This document shows positions 46,033 to 56,926 of a stretch of DNA of 64,000 nt, piece after piece. The translations under genes were made by a program, and so were the position numbers. The notes below the pieces were generated by a model, which was given only the letters and a program-made list of their open reading frames with translations, was not told the origin of the DNA and searched no databases. The first letter of the stretch is position 1. Every line of letters begins with the position of its first letter. The stretch is from Candidatus Eiseniibacteriota bacterium (GTDB taxonomy: Bacteria; Eisenbacteria; RBG-16-71-46). Location of the stretch: positions 128,001 through 192,000 of the forward strand of contig CAVQXP010000001.1 of assembly GCA_963717935.1 (NCBI GenBank), in the 5' to 3' direction.

Positions 46033-46485
46033 ATGTCCGACAGCAATCGCGTCGTCGCCCACCTGCTCGACGGCAAGCTCCTCAAGGGGACGACCCAGGA
46101 CTTCTTCCCCAACCGCCCGGTGTTCCACCTCGCGCCGCTCGAGGGCGGCCTGCCCGTCGAGGTACACGCCCGGCAGCTCAAGGCCGTCTTCTTCGTCCGG
46201 CAGTTCGCGGGCGACACCGCGCGCCGCGACGTGCGCGGATTCATCGACGCCCCGAGCGAGACCGCCCAGGGCAAGAAGCTGGCCGTGCGCTTCAAGGACG
46301 GCGAGTTGCTCTGCGGCTACTCGCTGGCCTACTCGCCGGACCGGGATGGCTTCTTCATGTTCCCGTCCGACGCCGGCACGAACAACCTGCGCGTCTACGT
46401 GCTGACCGCGTCCGCCGTGGAGATCAAGGCCGGTCCGGCCGCCGAGGTGCTCGCCCAGAAGGTGCTCACCGAGCGCGCGGCCTGA
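46033..46485 (+). CDS. DUF6982-like protein (internally duplicated small beta domain)
   Basis: GAGGA RBS. VVAHLLDGKLLKG..DFFP / LAVRFKDGELLCG..YSP..GFFMFP..NNLRVYV repeat pattern. Confidence 0.7.
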   Translation: MSDSNRVVAHLLDGKLLKGTTQDFFPNRPVFHLAPLEGGLPVEVHARQLKAVFFVRQFAGDTARRDVRGFIDAPSETAQGKKLAVRFKDGELLCGYSLAYSPDRDGFFMFPSDAGTNNLRVYVLTASAVEIKAGPAAEVLAQKVLTERAA

Positions 46486-46505
46486 GCGGGACGTCCCGCC
46501 CGGCG

Positions 46506-46528
46506 AGCCCCGCTCCCCGAGCGGGGCT
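46506..46528 (+). terminator. Hairpin after the DUF6982-like gene
   Basis: agccccgctc-ccc-gagcggggct. Confidence 0.45.
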
Positions 46529-46563
46529 TCGCGCTCCGGGCCCTGCCCCTTCCAGGGCCCGCC

Positions 46564-46593
46564 TTGCGGAACGAAGGACATCTCGGCTAGATT
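46564..46593 (+). promoter_or_regulatory. Candidate sigma70 promoter for the sORF
   Basis: TTGCGG-N18-TAGATT. Confidence 0.35.
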
Positions 46594-46638
46594 CCCTGCC
46601 CCCACCGTGGCGGGGAACCTCTGACACCCGGGAGAACC

Positions 46639-46740
46639 ATGACCTCGTTCAAGCATCGCCTGCACCGCAAGAACGCCCGCAAGGCCGCGCGCAAGAAGGC
46701 CGCCAAGGCCCGCGCCGCGAAGAAAGCCCCCCGCCGCTAG
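46639..46740 (+). CDS. 33-aa Lys/Arg/Ala-rich small protein MTSFKHRLHRKNARKAARKKAAKARAAKKAPRR
   Basis: GGAGA RBS, ATG..TAG, host-like codons (AAG, GCC, CGC). Below the ORF-track size cutoff. Confidence 0.6.
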   Translation: MTSFKHRLHRKNARKAARKKAAKARAAKKAPRR

Positions 46741-46827
46741 AGAAGAAGCACGGAGGGGAGCTTCCGATTCAGCGCACCGCCTCCAGGGGGACGGACGCGC
46801 GTGCGCGGGAGGAGCGCCTGGCGGCGC

Positions 46828-47556
46828 TCAGCTCAGGTCGAGATACTTGAGGTCGAGCGGCACGAAGAGCCCTCCACCCGGCCCCCCGAACAGATCGGCG
46901 CCGCGGCGCAGCGACTCGGACGGGATGTCCACCACCGGCACGTCGAGATCATCGGTGGCCGCGATCTTCGACGTCGTCGGCAGCGCGTAGCGCTCGCTCG
47001 CCAGGTAGTCCTCGAACTCGTCGAGCGTCCAGGCGAAGAGCGCGTCCACCTCCCACACCAGGCGCACCTCCCGGCCCCGCGTGAGATCGGGCGGGTCGTC
47101 GGGGCGCGCGGGCACGAGCGTGCCGACCGCGCAGCAATCGCAGCCGAACCAGAACTCGAGCTCGCCCTTCAGCACCAGGTTCTCCGTGATGCGCGCCTCG
47201 AGCGGCGCGTCCTTCCAGACGTTCATCAACAACTCGCTCACGGCGAACTGATAGCGCAGCAGGGCCCGCGGATCGTCGTCGGCGGCGCCCCGGAGCCCGG
47301 TCGCCAGCACGCGCAGGTTGCGGATCGCCTCGATGCGCACCCAGGGCGAGCGCCGGTCGCACAGGGCGCTCAGGTTCTTGAGCGTGCCGTCGAGCCGCTC
47401 GCGCGCGACGGCCAGCAGGTCCGAGAAGCTGCCGGTGTCCTTGTCGAGGAACTCCACGGTGCGTCGCATCGCCTGGTTCAGCGGCAGGTAGGCCGCGCGC
47501 AGCGTGGCCCAGTCCTCGGTCAGCCGCTGCTTCGCGATGACGTCCCAGTCCGCCAT
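46828..47556 (-). CDS. Hypothetical cytoplasmic protein with CDCC motif
   Basis: GAGGA RBS before MADWDV, normal codon bias. No family recognised. Confidence 0.65.
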   Translation of the reverse strand: MADWDVIAKQRLTEDWATLRAAYLPLNQAMRRTVEFLDKDTGSFSDLLAVARERLDGTLKNLSALCDRRSPWVRIEAIRNLRVLATGLRGAADDDPRALLRYQFAVSELLMNVWKDAPLEARITENLVLKGELEFWFGCDCCAVGTLVPARPDDPPDLTRGREVRLVWEVDALFAWTLDEFEDYLASERYALPTTSKIAATDDLDVPVVDIPSESLRRGADLFGGPGGGLFVPLDLKYLDLS

Positions 47557-47732
47557 GATGGTTCCTCCCCGACCGGCCGATGCGCTGCGATGCGTGCGGG
47601 AAGCAGTATAGCGAAGGCTCACCGCACCGGTCCAACCACCGCGGCGGCAGGGCCGGGGACACGCGGGCGCGTGCTATGCTGGGTCCGCTTCCCGTTCGGA
47701 TCCGGCCCGTCCATCCCACCCGGAGGAATGCC

Positions 47733-48852
47733 ATGCGCGACCCGCGCAACGCCCGGCTGGCCCAGGTCATCGTCCACCATTCGACGCGGCTCCAGCCCGG
47801 CGAGGCCATCCTCATCGAGGCCTTCGACCTGCAGGACGGGCTCGTGCACGACCTGGTGGAGGAGGCCTGCCGCGCGGGGGGTGTCCCGCTCGTCCAGCTC
47901 CGCACCAACCCGGTCATCCGCCAGGTGCTCGTCAGCGGCAGCGAGGCACAGATCCGCCTGCAGGCCGAGGTCGAGCTCTTCCAGATGAAGAAGGTGCAGG
48001 CCTACGTGGGGTTGCGCGCCTCGGACAACGTCTCCGAACTCGGCGACGTGCCGCGCCGGGCAGCTCAAGCTCTACACCCGGCTCCTGCAGCAGCCGGTCC
48101 ATCTCGACTGGCGCGTGAACCACACCAAGTGGGTGGTGCTGCGCTACCCCACGGCCGCGATGGCCCAGCTCGCGGGCATGAGCACCGAGCAGTTCGAGGA
48201 GTTCTTCTACCGCGTGTGCACCCTCGACTACGGCCGCATGGCCGAGGCCATCGTGCCGCTCGCGGAGCGCATGAGGCGCACCGACCAGGTGCGCCTCACC
48301 GGCCCGGGCACCGACCTGCGCTTCCGCATCCAGGGGATGGGGGTGGTGCCGTGCGAGGGCCGGCGGAACCTCCCCGACGGCGAGTGCTACACGGCCCCGC
48401 TGCGCGACTCGGTCGAGGGCACGATCACCTACAACACGCCCTCGCTCTACCTCGGCACCACCTATGGCGGGCTCTCGTTCACGTTCGAAGGCGGCCGCAT
48501 CGTGCGGGCCACGGGCGATCCCCAGGACAAGCTGGACGCGCTGCTCGACACCGACGAGGGGGCGCGCTTCGTGGGCGAGTTCTCGCTGGGCTTCAACCCC
48601 TTCATCCTGCACCCCATGAAGGACACGCTCTTCGACGAGAAGATCGCGGGCTCGCTCCACCTCACGCCGGGGCAGGCGTACAAGGCCGCGGACAACGGCA
48701 ACCAGTCGCAGATCCACTGGGACCTGGTGCTCATCCAGCGGCCCGAGTACGGCGGCGGCGAGATCTGGTTCGACGGGGAACTCGTCCGCAAGGACGGCCG
48801 CTTCGTGGCGCCCGAGCTGGAGAACCTGAACCCCGAGAGGCTCGGGGCGTAG
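47733..48852 (+). CDS. M29 aminopeptidase (AmpS/aminopeptidase T-like), frameshift near 48055
   Basis: [50 protein letters not shown]. Extended -10 TGcTATGCT upstream. Confidence 0.88.
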
Positions 48853-48855
48853 CCC

Positions 48856-50786
<1,931 letters not shown>

Positions 50787-50790
<4 letters not shown>

Positions 50791-52703
50791 CGAGGATGCG
50801 GAAGCCGGAACGCAGGGACCCGGAGGCCGCCGGGGCCCCGGCATCCGCGCCGGGCACCTCGCGCGGGCGCTGGATCGCGGAGGTCCTGCTCGTCCTCGCC
50901 GCGGCCCTGCTGGCCTTCTACCGCACGCGCGAGCGGGACTTCTGGTTCCACCTCGCCGCCGGCCGCTCGATCGTCGAGCATGGACTGCCCGCCACCGAGC
51001 GCTGGTGCCTCGCCGCCTTCGGGCAGTGGCCCTGGCTGGGCGAGTGGCTCTACCACGTCACCCTCTACACCGTGCGTGGCTTCGGCGGCGACGCCGGAGT
51101 GGCCCTCTGGCGGGCGGCGTGGTCCGGACTCGCCATGGCACTCGCCCTGGCGCTTGCACGGGTCACGCGGGCGGGCCTCTGCGCAACCGCACTCGCCGTG
51201 CCGCTCGTGCTGGCCATCACGCGCACACGGCTCGCCGCCCGCCCCGAGCAGGTGACGGTCGCGTTCGTGCTCCTCTTCCTGCTCGTCTTCGAGCACGCGC
51301 GCAAGAGCGGGCGGGACCGCACCGCATGGCTCCTGCCCGCGGGCATCGCGTGGGCCAACCTGCATCCCGGCTGGATCCTGGGCCCGCTGATCGCCGCGCT
51401 CTACACCGCGTTCGCAGCGCTGAAACCCTCGACCCGCGCCCGCGCTCTGCGCTGGGCGCTCCTCGCCCTCGCGCTCTTCGCGGCCGGCGCGGTGAGCCCG
51501 CGACCGCTCGACACGCTCTCCCTGCGCCTGGTGCGCGACGTGGGCGCCGACCCGATGGTGCGCACCATCGAGGAGTTGAGACCGTGGCAGTGGGCCGAGG
51601 ACCGCACCCGGCCCTTCACCGGGCTCGCATTGCTCGCGCTGGTGGCCGCGGCCCTGGGCGCCCGGCGAGCGTGGCGCGCCTCGGGCCCCCTCACGCTCGC
51701 CGCCGTGGCCGGGCTCGCCGCGGGGCTCGTCTCGTACCGCTTCCGCGGGCTGGGCGCGCTCGCCGCCCTGCCCATGGTGGCGGCCGCGCTCGACCCTGCA
51801 TGGCCGCGCGGCGCCAGCCATCCGGGGGGCGACGCGCTCGCCCGCGGCCCCGTTCCGCGCCTCGCGCTCGCGGCGCTCGTGCTCGCCGCGCTGGCAGGAG
51901 TCACCTGGATCGTGGCCGACGGCAGGTACTTCCCCCCAGGCGTCACGCCCATCGAGGATTCCGTGCCCGTGCGCGCCGTGGCCCTCGCGGACGCCCTCGG
52001 GCTCGACGGCCCGGTGCTCAACACTCCGTGGTACGGCGGCTACATCCTCTGGGTGCGGGGCGAGCGCCACCTGCCACTGCAGGACACCCGCAATCTCGGC
52101 AGCGCCGCGTTCCGCTCACGCCTCGTGCGCGCGCGGCTCGATCCGGCGGCGATGGACTCGCTGCTCGCCCGGTGGCGCTTCACCCACGCCATCCTCGAGC
52201 CCCCCATGGACGCGCGCGACCAGATGGCCCGCCAGCTCTTCGATCGCCCCGACTGGGCGTTGCTGTTCGCCGACGACGCGGGGCTCCTGTTCGTGCGGCG
52301 CGACCTCTACCCCGCCGCCACCACCACGCTCGGCTACCGGCTCCTGAGCCCCGACTACGGCGAACTGGGCGCGGTCGCCGCGCGCGCGCAGGCCGACACC
52401 ACGCTCCGGCGGGAGCTCGCGGCCGAACTCGAGCGCGCGCGCCGGGAGTCCCCGTGGAACGCGCGGGCCAGTCTCTGGCTGGGACTGCTGGCGCTCGCGG
52501 ACGGACGGGCGCGCGAGGCGCTCGGGTACTTCGAGCGCGTCGAGCGGCTCGCTCCCATCACGCCCGGCCTGGCCCTGCGGCAGGGCCTCGCGCACGAGAG
52601 GCTGGGCGACGCGGACGAGGCCCGGCGCGCCTACCGGCGCGCCCTGCGCGACACCGCGGACACTGCGGACGCACGCGCGGCGCTGGCGCGGCTGGGGCGC
52701 TAG
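50787..52703 (+). CDS. Multi-TM GT-C-like membrane protein with C-terminal TPR
   Basis: ATGA overlap with ABC-F. DFWFHLAAGR, RPEQ, WANLHPG, YGGYILW, terminal TPR helices. Confidence 0.75.
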
Positions 52704-52826
52704 GAAGCGGCGAGCCCGAGAACCGGGATTTCAACCCCCGGAGGTCGAATCGCTGACTTCGTCCTCCAGAGGTCGAGCGACGCCGGACCTCCTGCGCGGC
52801 GGCGTCCCCGCACCCTCACCGGCCGA

Positions 52827-52856
52827 TTGACGCGCCACACGGCCGCGGGCTAGTCT
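52827..52856 (+). promoter_or_regulatory. Sigma70 promoter positioned for leaderless transcription of the BMC-T gene
   Basis: TTGACG-N18-TAGTCT, 7 nt before ATG. No Shine-Dalgarno. Confidence 0.55.
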
Positions 52857-52863
52857 GCGCCCC

Positions 52864-53496
52864 ATGGCCGACGTGACCCTGCGCTCCTACGTCTTTCTCG
52901 ACGACCTGCAGCCCCAGCTCGCCGCCTTCATCGGCACGACCGCCCGGGGGTTCCTGCCCGTCGCCGGCGTGGCCTCGCTGTTCATCGAGACCGCGCCGGG
53001 GCTCATCATCAACCGGCTCATGGACGTGGCCCTCAAGGCCACGAGCTGCACGCCCGCCATCATGGTGGTGGAGCGCGCCTTCGGCATGCTCGAGCTCCAC
53101 GACTGGGACAAAGGCCAGGTGCAGACCGGCGGGCAGGCCGTGCTGGACTACCTGAAGCTCGAGGAGCACGACCGCATGACGCCGCGGGTGGTCTCGGACC
53201 ACATCATCCGCTCGGTGGAGCCCTACCATGCGCAGCTGATCAACAAGATCCGCTACGGTGATCAGTTGCTCTCGGGCGAGTCGCTGCTCATCCTCGAGAC
53301 CGAGCCCGCCGCCTACATCGCCTTCGCCGCGAACCAGGCCCTGAAGGCCGCGCACGTGAAGCTCATCGACGCGCAGCTCTTCGGCGCCTACGGCCGCCTC
53401 TACCTGTCGGGCCCCGAGGCCGAAGTCGACGCCGCGCGCGACGGAGCCCTGCGCGGGCTCGAGACCATCAAGGGCAGGGATGCGCCGAAGGGCTGA
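52864..53496 (+). CDS. Bacterial microcompartment tandem-domain shell protein (BMC-T, CsoS1D/CcmP/Haliangium-type)
   Basis: LRSYVFLDDLQPQLAAFIG, E.APG..INR..DVALKA, VVERAFG, ILETEPAAY..AAN.A.KAA, GAYGRLYLSG.EAEVDAA. Confidence 0.88.
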   Translation: MADVTLRSYVFLDDLQPQLAAFIGTTARGFLPVAGVASLFIETAPGLIINRLMDVALKATSCTPAIMVVERAFGMLELHDWDKGQVQTGGQAVLDYLKLEEHDRMTPRVVSDHIIRSVEPYHAQLINKIRYGDQLLSGESLLILETEPAAYIAFAANQALKAAHVKLIDAQLFGAYGRLYLSGPEAEVDAARDGALRGLETIKGRDAPKG

Positions 53497-53657
53497 CGGG
53501 CCTTGACTCCTCCGAGATCCGTCTCGGACGGCCTACCTGCGGGCGACCCCCGCCAAAGCACGGCAAGGACACGGAGCGTCGAACCTGCGGACCCCCTCTG
53601 AGCGCCAGTGGCGCTGGTGCGGAGCCGGGTGCGCGTTACCAACAGAGGGAACACACG

Positions 53658-53927
53658 ATGGCTGGACTGGACTTCAAGACCCCCGTGGCCAGAGAGCAGG
53701 AGGACACGGCGGTCGTCGCGCACAACACGCGCATGGGCGTGATCCTGTTCGTCGTGTACGTGCTGTTCTACGGAGGGTTCATGGCCCTGAGCGCCTTCTG
53801 GCCGGAGATCATGAGCAAGCCGTTCCTGCGCGGGGTGAACCTCGCCGTCGTGTACGGTTTCGCGCTGATCGTGGCCGCGCTCGTGCTGGCGCTGGTCTAC
53901 ATGAAGACCTGCCGCAAGTCGGCATAG
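53658..53927 (+). CDS. yjcH: DUF485 membrane protein (YjcH-like partner of ActP)
   Basis: 89 aa, two TM, LFYGGFMAL.AF.PEIM..P...GVNLAVVYG. Directly upstream of the SSS symporter. Confidence 0.8.
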   Translation: MAGLDFKTPVAREQEDTAVVAHNTRMGVILFVVYVLFYGGFMALSAFWPEIMSKPFLRGVNLAVVYGFALIVAALVLALVYMKTCRKSA

Positions 53928-53937
53928 GGAGACCCCC

Positions 53938-55870
53938 ATGATTCACGCTACCTCCTGGATCGCCGTCCTGGTCTTCCTGTTCTTCGCCGGTGCCGTCCTG
54001 GCCATCAGCTTCTACCTGGGGGCCCGGGCCAAGTCGGCCAGCGGCTACTTCGCGGCCGGCGGCGGCATCCACTGGGCGGTCAACGGCATCGCGTTCGCCG
54101 GCGACTACCTCTCGGCGGCCTCGTTCCTCGGCATCTGCGGCATGATCGCCTTCTTCGGCTACGACGGTTTCCTGTATTCCATCGGTTATCTCGCCGGCTG
54201 GATCGTGGCGCTCTTCATCATCGCCGAGCCGCTCAAGCGGCTGGGCCGTTTCACGTTCGCCGACGCCCTCGACAACAAATTCAACTCCCGCGGCATCAAG
54301 CTGGCGGCGGCCATCAGCACGCTGGTGGTGAGCTGCTTCTACCTGATTCCGCAGATGGTCGGAGCCGGCGCGCTGGTGCAGCCGCTGCTGGGGTTCCCGC
54401 ACTACGTCGGGGTGATCGTGGTGGGCCTGATCGTGACCACGATCGTCACCACGGCGGGCATGGTCTCGACCACCTGGGTCCAGTTCATCAAGGGGACCAT
54501 CCTGGTGCTGTTGTGCGCGTTCATCACCGTGCTGCTCCTCATGCGGGGCGTGACCACGAAACCCACGGATGCCAACGGCAACGAGGTGCGCATCCTGAAG
54601 CGGGGCGTGCCGACCGCGGAAGTCATCGGCGCCCCGGGGGCCACCGTCCTGCCCGAGGAGGGCGCGTGGAAGGACAGGCCCTACCTGCGCGTCCAGACTC
54701 CGACGGGCGCCGTGTCCGTCTGGCACAAGGACGGCGACCTGCTGTCCGAGGCGCAGACCCTCACCGTGCGGAAGGACGGCAGGAAGCTCGTCAACGGATT
54801 GCCGCGGGGCAAGAACGAGGGCGAAGCAGACCTCGCGCCGGTGGGCTACGCCTCGAAGCTGCCGGGCGGGGTGGAGCGCACCGGGCCGCAGAGCCCGTTC
54901 GGGTTCCTGCGCACCATGCAGGAGAGCGAGGTCATCCTCTGGGGCTCGGAGAAGATCGCCGAGGCAGACGGCAGCGCCACGACGGTGTACTACCAGAAGC
55001 CCACCGCGGGCGCCGACTTCATGGCCCCCGGCTCCAGCCCGACGTTCAAGAAGGTCCGCAGCAAGAAGCTGTTCGACAAGCTCGACTTCCTGTCCCTCAT
55101 GCTCGCGCTCTTCTGCGGCACGGCGTCGCTGCCGCACATCCTGATCCGCTACTACACGGTCAAGGACCAGATCAGCGCCCGCAAGAGCACCGTGGTGGGC
55201 ATCGCGGCCATCGGGTTCTTCTACGTGCTGACGCTCTTCCTGGGCCTGGGCGCGATGACCAGCGGGAGCCTCGACGTCACCGACTCGAACATGTCCGCGC
55301 CGCTGCTGGCGCGCAGCCTGAACGAGCTCCTCTTCGCGGTGCTCTCGGCCGTGGCCTTCACCACGGTGCTGGGCACGGTCAGCGGCCTGATCATGGCCGC
55401 GAGCGGCGCGGTCGCCCATGACCTCATGACCAACTTCATGAAGATGAAGCTGGACGAGTTCCAGAAGGTGCGCGCCGCCAAGATCGCCGCCGTGTGCGTC
55501 GGTCTGCGTGGCGATCTGCCTGGGCATCCTGTTCGCCAAGATGAACGTCAACTTCCTGGTCGGCTGGGCCTTCAACATCGCCGCCTCGGCCAACCTGCCG
55601 GCGCTCGTCATGCTCCTCTTCTGGAAACGCACGACCAAGCAGGGCATCACGGCCGCCATCGTGGTGGGCATGATCTCCTCGCTGGCCTGGATCCTCCTGA
55701 GCGCACAGGCCTACAAGGACGTGTACGGGCTGGATCCGGCGCTGGCCATCGTGCCCTTCAGCCAGCCGGCGATCGTCACCATCCCGCTGGGCTTCCTGGT
55801 CCTGGTCCTCGTCTCACTGATGACGCCGCGCCCGGAGGAGCCGAGCAGGGCCGTGCCCAGTCCAGCCTGA
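53938..55870 (+). CDS. actP: Cation/acetate (monocarboxylate) symporter, SSS family, with large loop insertion (frameshift near 55505)
   Basis: NGIAFAGDYLSAASFLG, YLIPQMVGAG, GMVSTTWVQ, GTASLPHILIRYYTV, AFNIAASANLP. Confidence 0.88.
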
Positions 55871-56097
55871 CGTTCGCCTCAGGGCGGAGGCGCAGACACT
55901 CCCTCCCGGGAGGATTTCACAGCGGGGATCGCACGGGCGTTTCGTCCCACGGAAACGCCCGTGCGAGGAGCGCGTGGGCGCCGGCTCCCTCGCTGCCCGG
56001 CACCGGTCGCCATCTCCGCGGCGGGCATGTTCAGGCCGACAGCGTGCCCCCGAGCACCATCACGGCCACCGTCTCGCGGGCTGCGCGGGGTGGGGGC

Positions 56098-56922
56098 TCA
56101 GCGGGCCCCATCGACCTGCACATCCCCCGCGACATCCGGCGCGCTCGGATCGGCGGGGCACAGCAGGAGCTTCTTCTCCTCGGTATCCCAGATCACGAGG
56201 GTACGAAGGGGCGAGTCGAGGTCGTCGCTGACGCACACGAAGCGGGTGCCTTCCACGGTGGCCTGGTGCGCGCGATGGAAATGGCCGAAGACCCAGGCCC
56301 GCGGCTTGTAGGCGAGATCGAGCCACAGCCAGCCCAGTTCCACCTCACCGCAGTCATCCTCCGGCCCGGGATCGAAGCCCACCGCCGTGATGTGCTCCGC
56401 GACGCCGGGCTGCATCTCGGCAGAGCTCCGGATCCCGATGCCGATCCGCGAAGGGCAGGAATGAGTGACGATGAGTTCGGGCCGCTCGCGGTTGAACAAC
56501 GCGGCGGCGTGTTCCCGCTGGCGGCGCAGGATGTAGTTGGGGAAGCCGCTGAACAGGTTGTGCCGCTGGGGCCGGTCCACGTGCAGGGCGCCGCCCAGGA
56601 AACCGACTCTGGAGCCGCCGAAGACGGCCACGGACGGGCGCGGCTGATAGATGAGATTGCTCTCCTTCTGCCAGCTCCTCGCCATGCCGAGCAGGAGCGC
56701 GCGGCGCAGCCACGGATGATCCTCGTGGTTGCCGTCGATGACGTGCAGCGGGACGGGGTAGCGGAGTCGCTCCTCGCGGGCCTGCATCATCAGGTCCCGG
56801 TAGAACCCGAAGTCGCCCACCTGGATCGCGGCCGCGATCCTGAAGTCGGTCTGGGCCTGCCGCAGGCCCTCGACCACCTTCCGGTGCTGGCCATGCACGT
56901 CGCCGACGATCAGGACACGCAT
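56098..56922 (-). CDS. Calcineurin-like metallophosphoesterase
   Basis: GDVHG, QVGDFG, DGNHED, VTHSCP, FGHFH. Starts 4 nt after the NTase stop. Confidence 0.88.
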   Translation of the reverse strand: MRVLIVGDVHGQHRKVVEGLRQAQTDFRIAAAIQVGDFGFYRDLMMQAREERLRYPVPLHVIDGNHEDHPWLRRALLLGMARSWQKESNLIYQPRPSVAVFGGSRVGFLGGALHVDRPQRHNLFSGFPNYILRRQREHAAALFNRERPELIVTHSCPSRIGIGIRSSAEMQPGVAEHITAVGFDPGPEDDCGEVELGWLWLDLAYKPRAWVFGHFHRAHQATVEGTRFVCVSDDLDSPLRTLVIWDTEEKKLLLCPADPSAPDVAGDVQVDGAR

Positions 56923-56926
56923 GCGC

